IMG/VR virus record: IMGVR_UViG_3300045988_097913
Source of the DNA: a virus
DNA length: 64,000 bases
Reading direction: 5' to 3' (one strand)
In this document: positions 57,486 through 64,000 of the stretch, piece after piece
How positions within the stretch are numbered: position 1 is the first letter of the stretch
Layout: every line of letters starts with the position of its first letter
Program-made: the position numbers and the translations under genes
Notes under the pieces: model-generated
Databases searched by the model: none
Told to the model about the DNA's origin: nothing
The model's input: the letters and a program-made list of their open reading frames with translations, nothing else

Positions 57486-58490
57486 TTATTGAATGTATTT
57501 TTTGTGACTTGTTTTTACATTATTCTGGTCAACCTTTGCATAAATCATAGTTGTTGCAACATTTGAATGACCAAGAAGCCTCTGAATCTCTGTAACATCC
57601 ATACCGCGCTGCAATGCCATTGTTGCCGTAGTATGACGAATTAAGTGTGGGTATACTCTTCTCTGAATACCAGACTTCTCACCAAGCTCACGAACAATCT
57701 TTTCAATGCCAGCTTTAGTGAGGCGATTATGAGGACTACGTTCCGAAATAAATAAAGCATCGTTATTATCAAGGCGAGAGTTTAGATAATTATTGAGAGC
57801 AATAGCAGAATGTGCAGACAAATAAGAAACTCTATGTTTGCTACCCTTACCAAAAAGTTGTACTTCGCCTTTAGCAAAATCAACTTCTTGTTTATCAAGT
57901 TTTATAAGTTCGTCAACACGACAACCTGTACTATAAAAAACTTCAATAATAGCTTTATCTCTTTTTGTCACACACGCTTCACGCAACTGTTCAAGTTCAT
58001 AATCTGACAATGGTACTCTCTGTCTGCGTTCATACTTAATAGGCTTTACAACCAGCATAATATTCTTCTCAATATATCCTTCACCAGATGACCAAGAAAA
58101 GAAGCTATGAAGGGCGCTACGAATACTATCAAGGGTACGATTAGAGACACCATGCTCTTTTTGATATGTATATAAATATGCGCGAACGTCGTTAGCCGTA
58201 ATTTCTCTCAACGGTTTATTAAGTATCTTAAAGAAATGATTTAACCGTAGCATATAAAGACTCAGCGTTTTATCACTAGAGCCTTCAATTTTTTTACACA
58301 CAAAAAACGCTTCGTAACATTCCGGCAGATAACCTTTATAAGGAATCATATTCTCACCGGCTGGCTCTACTTTATAATGTCTTAATACCTCGGATAACTC
58401 TCCGCGAATCATATTGGCATTATCAACCGACAGTTTGTTCGCTACACAAGACAAAAACTGGTCTACCAAAATCGTTGCATAATCTTCCAT
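57486..58490 (-). CDS. tyrosine recombinase, XerC/XerD-like
   Basis: Catalytic region is ...GCRVDEL...HLIRHTTATMALQRGMDVTEIQRLLGHSNVATTMIYAKV (R, HxxR, H, Y). Confidence 0.85.
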   Translation of the reverse strand: MEDYATILVDQFLSCVANKLSVDNANMIRGELSEVLRHYKVEPAGENMIPYKGYLPECYEAFFVCKKIEGSSDKTLSLYMLRLNHFFKILNKPLREITANDVRAYLYTYQKEHGVSNRTLDSIRSALHSFFSWSSGEGYIEKNIMLVVKPIKYERRQRVPLSDYELEQLREACVTKRDKAIIEVFYSTGCRVDELIKLDKQEVDFAKGEVQLFGKGSKHRVSYLSAHSAIALNNYLNSRLDNNDALFISERSPHNRLTKAGIEKIVRELGEKSGIQRRVYPHLIRHTTATMALQRGMDVTEIQRLLGHSNVATTMIYAKVDQNNVKTSHKKYIQ

Positions 58491-58501
58491 ATATTTTTCT
58501 C

Positions 58502-58545
58502 CTTTATTTACTTTGTGTCTTTATTATAGCACAAAGTAAATAAAG
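58502..58545. repeat. perfect 16-bp inverted repeat with 12-nt spacer
   Basis: CTTTATTTACTTTGTG (58502-58517) and CACAAAGTAAATAAAG (58530-58545). It lies 11 nt upstream of the recombinase ATG and abuts its RBS. Confidence 0.8.
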
Positions 58546-58598
58546 TGCCAATATGCGTAAAGCAAAAATATCAAAAAATTAATCAACTAAAGCTTCCT

Positions 58599-60890
58599 TT
58601 AGCTATCCAAATTTATTTCACGGTCTTCTCCAACGCCAGCCCTTATACATTTAATTTTTCGATTATCGTAATCAACAAATACCAAATCAAACGAGCAATC
58701 AGCTTTATAGCTCTGATTATTGCCGCAATCAAGAGTGGCAATAATCGGGATACCGCTGTCAACAAGCGTATAATCGGCGTGGCTATGACCAGCCAACATA
58801 AATTCCACCCGTCCTGTAGCATCAACGAAGTTATAGTTTTTTCCGTTCACGCTAATTTCGCTTCGCCGGTTATATGCAGAAGAAATTTGCAGTAAAAGCC
58901 TCGTTAAAGGCTGCACGTCATCCGGCACAGCGCCGGTCGGAATTGTCCGGTAGGAATAGATGTGCACAGCGATTGCTACATGGTCAAATCGCTCTTTCGT
59001 TAGATTTTCAGCAAACCATGCTGCCTGCTCGTATCCGTAATTGTTATCGTAGGTAAGCGCCTGATTCTCTATGCCGGTATCAAAGCAGTAAAAATGAGTG
59101 TTTACTCCCTTGAAATCGTAGTAGGCACGTCCTGTATCTCTGTACCACAAATTACGGATAGCCACCCGGCTTAAACGTGTTGTATATCTTTCGCTATTAG
59201 CATCTTTTTTGCCTTGATAGTTCGTGTCATGGTTCCCAACCAACATATAGAGGTTATCGAACATTGACCGACGGATGCCGTCAATATAGCCCATCTTATA
59301 GCAAGCCATTTCTGGGACATCGTTATTGCCAAGCCAATCTCCACCGCACAAAACGAAGCTTGTTGGTGTGCTGTTATAGTATTTTTGGATTTGCGAAACG
59401 TACTCTTCCATCATAGGTTCACTACCAATGTCAGTATGCGCAGTAAAGAGATGTGGGTCTGTAAACCATAAGAACGCCTCGCATCGATTGACTGTCACAA
59501 CATTATTTATTTCATCTCCGTTAAACAGTGAAGAATATCTTTTGCAGACTGTGTAAAAATCTTTTGCACCTGTGTGATAAGAAGCGTTGAAATCCTCTCT
59601 TTGAAATTCATCAGATAGCAGATAACTGTCTTTTTTATCGTTATAGTCGCTTGTAGCATAACTTTCGAGAATTTTACCGCCATATCGATTATAATAAACC
59701 CAATACAAAACAACAAAATTATCCGGTCTAGCGTTAAGTGTATTTTGAACCTCAAAGGACATACTATCCAAATTAAACCCAAATCGTTTTTCACCGCCAT
59801 TAAGGTTTATGCTAAATGTTTTACTGTCTGCATCCCACAATGCATAAGTGCTACCAATTTTAGCAGCAATATCCTCGAACGTATACGTTATCCGGCTTTT
59901 ATTTTTAAAGTTTGCGATATATAACACATTATCGCCTGTCAAAGCAAATCCGTTAGCGTCCATACGTTCTATTTTTGTACTGTTTGTAAGTATTACATCA
60001 AAATCGTGCGCACTTAAAAAGCGCACTGTATTTGATAGCGGATTGACAAGTTCCGCATAGTGTGCTGCGCAATCTTCAAAAATTTTACCGCCATATTGAT
60101 TATAATAAACCCAGTATAGAGATAAGAAACTGGCTGAACGTTTATTAACAATTGACGCTGTTTGTACTTTTCCAGTCAAAAGGTCAACCCCGAATTGCTG
60201 TTCGCTTCCTAAAGTCAAAGTAAATGTTTTTGTATTCTCATTCCACGTTGTGACATCGGGAAGTTCAGACGCAATATCAGAGAAGTTATATTCGATTCTA
60301 CGTTGATTTGAAAGGTTTGAAAGATAAAAACCGGAAGAACCAGCAATGGTAAATCCATTGTTGGTTGCGTTTGGTAATTTCGAATCCTTAAATATAACAA
60401 CGGCATCAAAGTTGTTAGTATTAACTATATCTTCCTTTATCTGACCAATTTCGTCTCCTGTAATTTTTGCATCAGCTGCCTTGCCAGACTTAGTTAAGCT
60501 ACTATCAACAACTTCTGTCTCGGTAGAAGTTCCATCATTCTTAGTAACTTTTAGTTTGCCTTCTTCAAAATCGGCATTATTCACAGCAGTATTTGCCTTA
60601 GTAGAGATATCGCCAAAATCAGTTGTCTTGCCAGAAAAATACCATGCGGTTCCATTCCAAGCATAGTTGCCCTCACCGTTAGTACCATCACCATCTGTTA
60701 CATAATAAAAATCACCAATATTATTATTAGAAGTAGGTAGAGCGCTATATGTGGTAGTTCCTTTAAAATTTAAGCCGCTAACAATATCAGATTTATTAGC
60801 TTTCTTATTATCTAGTTCTTGAATAGACTGCCTTGCTTTAATATCTTCAAGTTGAATATTATTTATGGTTCTAATTTCATTATATGCCAT
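58599..60890 (-). CDS. tail fibre-like protein with C-terminal metallophosphoesterase domain
   Basis: N-terminus is MAYNEIRTINNIQLED...FYYVTDGDGTNGEGNYAWNGTAWYF. There are two ~137-aa tandem repeats. The C-terminus has WFTDPHLF, CGGDWLGNND, LVGNHD, AGHSHADY. Confidence 0.65.
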   Translation of the reverse strand: MAYNEIRTINNIQLEDIKARQSIQELDNKKANKSDIVSGLNFKGTTTYSALPTSNNNIGDFYYVTDGDGTNGEGNYAWNGTAWYFSGKTTDFGDISTKANTAVNNADFEEGKLKVTKNDGTSTETEVVDSSLTKSGKAADAKITGDEIGQIKEDIVNTNNFDAVVIFKDSKLPNATNNGFTIAGSSGFYLSNLSNQRRIEYNFSDIASELPDVTTWNENTKTFTLTLGSEQQFGVDLLTGKVQTASIVNKRSASFLSLYWVYYNQYGGKIFEDCAAHYAELVNPLSNTVRFLSAHDFDVILTNSTKIERMDANGFALTGDNVLYIANFKNKSRITYTFEDIAAKIGSTYALWDADSKTFSINLNGGEKRFGFNLDSMSFEVQNTLNARPDNFVVLYWVYYNRYGGKILESYATSDYNDKKDSYLLSDEFQREDFNASYHTGAKDFYTVCKRYSSLFNGDEINNVVTVNRCEAFLWFTDPHLFTAHTDIGSEPMMEEYVSQIQKYYNSTPTSFVLCGGDWLGNNDVPEMACYKMGYIDGIRRSMFDNLYMLVGNHDTNYQGKKDANSERYTTRLSRVAIRNLWYRDTGRAYYDFKGVNTHFYCFDTGIENQALTYDNNYGYEQAAWFAENLTKERFDHVAIAVHIYSYRTIPTGAVPDDVQPLTRLLLQISSAYNRRSEISVNGKNYNFVDATGRVEFMLAGHSHADYTLVDSGIPIIATLDCGNNQSYKADCSFDLVFVDYDNRKIKCIRAGVGEDREINLDS

Positions 60891-60909
60891 CTGATTACCT
60901 CCTATTTGC

Positions 60910-61566
60910 TTACACAGTCTTAATTGTTAAATTACCATTTGTGGCGTCAAACGAAGCTTTCATTGACATATCTTTAACAATAGTAATATAATTATTAATC
61001 TCAGTTCTCAAGGCTTCCATGTCTTCTAGCCACTTATCAAGAATGTTTGCGTATCTATTAAGAGAAGACGATGTTACATCAAGAGTATTGAGGACTGGTA
61101 GTGCTTTTGACAAAGTATTAAAACTATAAGAGAATTTATTATTATCTCCAATAGAATAAAACCTTACGGCAAAAGCAACTTCTGCCGACTTAAAAGTAAC
61201 TTCGTGGCTTATTGTCCATCCGAAAATAATTTTCCCCGGAACGCTTGTAATATCAATATCTGTAATAACATCTACACCAATAGGGCTATTAGACTGAACC
61301 TCAGAAGTGTCCGCATACTGTACAACAATTGTATGCTTAGACAAATCTTCTGCATCAAAATATCTGTCAATTTCAAAATAAATTGTTTCTGCATTTGCAT
61401 CGTTTTTTACAGCAAGAAAAGTAAATTCATCTGGAATTGTAATTTTTCTTGAATCAGAATCAATAATAAATCTTGGCTCATCAGATGGAATCTGTGTCAG
61501 TTTTGTAATAGTTCCATCTTGAAGCTGTTTTAATTTATCCATATATTCACTTGCAGATGTCCTCAT
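60910..61566 (-). CDS. hypothetical protein
   Basis: 218-aa ORF in the fibre-like cluster. Confidence 0.5.
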   Translation of the reverse strand: MRTSASEYMDKLKQLQDGTITKLTQIPSDEPRFIIDSDSRKITIPDEFTFLAVKNDANAETIYFEIDRYFDAEDLSKHTIVVQYADTSEVQSNSPIGVDVITDIDITSVPGKIIFGWTISHEVTFKSAEVAFAVRFYSIGDNNKFSYSFNTLSKALPVLNTLDVTSSSLNRYANILDKWLEDMEALRTEINNYITIVKDMSMKASFDATNGNLTIKTV

Positions 61567-62051
61567 TTTAAATTACACCTTTCTATATCATTTAAAACAT
61601 TTATATTTATATTACTTAATTCAACAAACTTATTGTAAACACTAAGCATCTTTTCGTAAGTTGCACTAGAAATTTTATTAAACTTCTCAACCATATAAAT
61701 AGAAGCTTTAAAGTTGTACTGTTCGTTTATAATTTTGACATTAACTTTATCAGAAATAAATGTTTTCCCATTTTCTAAATTAATCCCAAAAATCTGAACA
61801 CTGCAATTTCCGTTTTTTAATTTAACAGGATAATATTCAACTTTATAACTATAAGACAATCTCTTTGTGGAATTTATTTGTTTTAATTCGAGTATTTCAA
61901 GCTGTGTGCTTTGCTGAATTACAATAAATAAACTATAACTATAAAATTGTTTTGAAATATAAAAAACAATTTCGTCAAGACCAACAGGGTTTGTATCCTG
62001 TCTTACGCTCGTATCACTACCGTCATAACTAATTTCTAACATAGCACACAT
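61563..62051 (-). CDS. hypothetical protein
   Basis: 162-aa ORF, ATGA-coupled. Confidence 0.5.
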   Translation of the reverse strand: MCAMLEISYDGSDTSVRQDTNPVGLDEIVFYISKQFYSYSLFIVIQQSTQLEILELKQINSTKRLSYSYKVEYYPVKLKNGNCSVQIFGINLENGKTFISDKVNVKIINEQYNFKASIYMVEKFNKISSATYEKMLSVYNKFVELSNININVLNDIERCNLK

Positions 62052-62066
62052 CCTTTCTTTTTATTA

Positions 62067-62264
62067 TTATGCCAAAACAGTATTAATAGAAAACTCTTCT
62101 GTGTGACCATCGCCATAAGTCAATACAATCTTACCATTAGAAATCTGTTTAATACTAAAAATAGCCTTAGACAAGATTTCTGTTTTAAATTCTTGTAACT
62201 CTTTTCGTGTAGAGGCATCTTCCAATGGAATATCATTAATCGTTCGAATAACTTTTTCTTCCAT
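62067..62264 (-). CDS. 65-aa fibre-like mini-protein
   Basis: N-terminal VIRTINDIPLED matches the 58599..60890 N-terminus. C-terminal IVLTYGDGHTEEFSI matches the 39931..41517 C-terminus (LKVTYGDGHHDTVAI). Confidence 0.5.
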   Translation of the reverse strand: MEEKVIRTINDIPLEDASTRKELQEFKTEILSKAIFSIKQISNGKIVLTYGDGHTEEFSINTVLA

Positions 62265-62267
62265 ATC

Positions 62268-62738
62268 TTACTCCTTCTTCTCAGGTGGGACAGTAGGCAA
62301 GTCCATAATCTTTTCTCTAACAGATGGTATCATGCCATTTCCGTGTAATGCCGTATAGCTCTCAAACATATGTTGAAAACTTTCCAAATCATTAACAGAA
62401 ATCCACCCCTTTACTTCATAGCAGTTATGGTATGTCCTTAACATAGCATCCCGAAGCATATCTCTGTCTGCTTGCGAGTTCTGCCTCTGTTGTTCCTTTA
62501 AGGATTTTACATCGTCAAACAAAGAATTTATTTTGGCATTTTGAGAAGAAATAATTTCATACTGCTCATCGTTTTGTTTAGAAATTTTTTCGATTGCCTC
62601 TTTGAGTTCTTTTCGTTCTTGTCTGTTGTCTTTTAATGTTTCATCCTTCTTATCATAGTGCCTTTTTACAAAGAACAAAAGGATTCCAGATACACCAAAA
62701 GTAGAGCAGATATTAATGATAATTTGTAGTATACCCAT
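62268..62738 (-). CDS. membrane-anchored coiled-coil protein (BhlA/holin-like N-terminus)
   Basis: N-terminal TM helix ILQIIINICSTFGVSGILLFFV followed by a charged coiled coil. Confidence 0.45.
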   Translation of the reverse strand: MGILQIIINICSTFGVSGILLFFVKRHYDKKDETLKDNRQERKELKEAIEKISKQNDEQYEIISSQNAKINSLFDDVKSLKEQQRQNSQADRDMLRDAMLRTYHNCYEVKGWISVNDLESFQHMFESYTALHGNGMIPSVREKIMDLPTVPPEKKE

Positions 62739-62866
62739 TTATATTCAACTACTTTCTATAATATTTTAACCCCTTTTATCCCTCGTTGCTCAGTCAATCT
62801 TTATTTTTTATGTGTCAGAGCCGTCACACATCATTTAGTCTATATTATTTTACAGATAAGACAAGA

Positions 62867-63091
62867 CTAATGTTTATCATCTTCAAGTATACATTTCAAA
62901 AGACAAATAATGGTTTTCTCATTTTCGTTTATTTCATTTAATAGAGAAACAATTTTTTTATTTTCCGAGATATTATCAAGATTTAACTTATAAGACTTCC
63001 CAGAATAATTCAATAACAATGAAGCAATAATCGTATCTGCGACACCAAGGGCATCTAGTCCACCTAATTCTGCATTAGTATTAAGAATCAT
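62867..63091 (-). CDS. hypothetical protein
   Basis: 74-aa ORF, ATGA-coupled to the upstream ORF. Confidence 0.45.
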   Translation of the reverse strand: MILNTNAELGGLDALGVADTIIASLLLNYSGKSYKLNLDNISENKKIVSLLNEINENEKTIICLLKCILEDDKH

Positions 63092-63354
63092 TTGACGCCA
63101 CCACCCAGCAGTTTAATTATTTCAATATTTTGTTCTTCTATAATCTTTAATTCAGACAATAATTTTTCAAGCAACATATTCGTTTGTTCGTCAAGTTTAT
63201 TTTCAATATGTTGGTTTTGCTTGATTAGCTCTGTATTTAACTGAGATGATGTCGCACCTTTAGTCGCTTGATAAACATTTATAAATTGACTAATGTTTGC
63301 AGCTCCTGATATTAAATCAGAATTTGCTATTGTTGCTAAATCATTTATAATCAT
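63088..63354 (-). CDS. hypothetical protein
   Basis: 88-aa ORF. Confidence 0.45.
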   Translation of the reverse strand: MIINDLATIANSDLISGAANISQFINVYQATKGATSSQLNTELIKQNQHIENKLDEQTNMLLEKLLSELKIIEEQNIEIIKLLGGGVK

Positions 63355-63394
63355 ACGACCACCTCACAAAAATAGTCGTACAATTATTTTTATG

Positions 63395-64000
63395 TCATTT
63401 AAAAATTACTATCCACGATGAACGAGCTTCTAATCTTTTTAGATTTATAATTTTAGGCGTTTTAAAACCTTTCGGCATATAAGAAAAATCGGATTTATTA
63501 CCATCTATATCCATAAGTATTGCATATCCAGTAGAAAGCCTTCCTTTTATAAAATATTCTTTACCAAAATATCTCACCTTATCAAACTTTCTGAACCCCT
63601 GAATTTTACACGTTGGAATGCGCTGCTCAGAACGAACTCCCTTAGTCTGTTGAAAATCCCCATCTGAAACACATTTCTTTTTGTATAAATTGCATCTTAC
63701 GCTAAATTTATTTCCATGTGTTGCAATAACACAAGCGTCATAAAAATGCTCTTTATCTACTCCAAGTTTTAGACGATTTGCCTTTGTTATATAACCAAAA
63801 GTTTCAATTGCTTCCGGGTAGATTCTAAATAATTGTTTACGAATACTATTCATCTGTGTAGCATATTTTAGATTCCCTTTGACCTTACCTTCTAATTTAA
63901 GACTAATTTTACCACTATGCAACGCCTTATGGCAAGTATGACAAAGTGTAATCAAATTACTTTCTTCGTCTGAACCATGTTTGCTGCGAAACACAATATG
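63395..64000 (-). CDS. HNH endonuclease, 5' end outside window
   Basis: Frame is open to the window edge. HNH core is H-IVFRSKHGSDEESNLITLCHTCHKALH. Confidence 0.75.
   Translation of the reverse strand, partial: HIVFRSKHGSDEESNLITLCHTCHKALHSGKISLKLEGKVKGNLKYATQMNSIRKQLFRIYPEAIETFGYITKANRLKLGVDKEHFYDACVIATHGNKFSVRCNLYKKKCVSDGDFQQTKGVRSEQRIPTCKIQGFRKFDKVRYFGKEYFIKGRLSTGYAILMDIDGNKSDFSYMPKGFKTPKIINLKRLEARSSWIVIFK

Noticed and set aside
18695-62264. Diversity-generating retroelement or invertible-segment control of the fibre genes.
   Set aside because: There is no reverse transcriptase ORF and no template/variable repeat pair. I found no inverted DNA repeats flanking the fibre genes. Similarities among the fibres are at the protein-motif level only.
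1-64000. Stop-codon reassignment (TAG or TGA recoding), and tRNA, rRNA or CRISPR content.
   Set aside because: Long ORFs terminate with all three standard stops, and reading through them gives no extended protein-like sequence (apart from the intron and frameshift cases explained above). The intergenic regions are too short or unstructured for tRNAs, and no direct-repeat/spacer array is present.

Overview
AT-rich 64-kb window that reads as a nearly complete tailed dsDNA phage with siphovirus-type gene order. The host is probably a low-GC Gram-positive bacterium, judging by GGAGG-type ribosome-binding sites, frequent TTG/GTG starts, a GH25 plus PG-binding endolysin and a RecU-like resolvase. 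No rRNA, tRNA or CRISPR array was seen.

The genes form two convergent arms that meet at a bidirectional terminator (17677-17706).
- Plus-strand early/replication arm (1-17655): Sak3/DUF1071-type annealing protein, SSB, Cas4-like nuclease, primase-helicase, Pol III alpha, dNMP-kinase-like protein, SpoT-type HD hydrolase, DNA methyltransferase, dUTPase.
- Minus-strand late arm (64000-17718): HNH endonuclease, fibre-like genes, XerC/D-like recombinase, TerS, TerL, portal, protease/scaffold, capsid, connectors, major tail protein, an inserted fibre/holin/RecU/recombinase block, tape measure, Dit, Tal, fibres, endolysin.

The main result is an unusually heavy load of self-splicing and homing elements.
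- The tape measure gene is one 2200-codon reading frame split into four exons by three group I introns. Canonical P/Q/R/S core elements are visible, each 5' splice site has a U.G pair and each intron ends in G.
- Two of these introns carry paralogous homing-endonuclease-like ORFs.
- Two of the introns are paralogues flanking an unannotated 109-nt micro-exon.
- The large terminase gene is split by a 261-nt ORF-less intron.
- Pol III alpha carries a 419-aa LAGLIDADG intein.

Secondary observations:
- Two homopolymer-linked frame breaks lie in adjacent tail fibre/tailspike genes, and the Tal gene has no canonical start next to a third homopolymer run.
- A GC-rich foreign patch sits in the tailspike fragment.
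- Intrinsic terminators carry the -35 box of the next promoter inside their hairpin.
- The primase-helicase ends in an SSB-like LPF tail.
- A metallophosphoesterase is fused to a fibre.
- A perfect 16-bp inverted repeat abuts a recombinase gene.

All splice junctions are predictions made by eye and need RNA-level confirmation.
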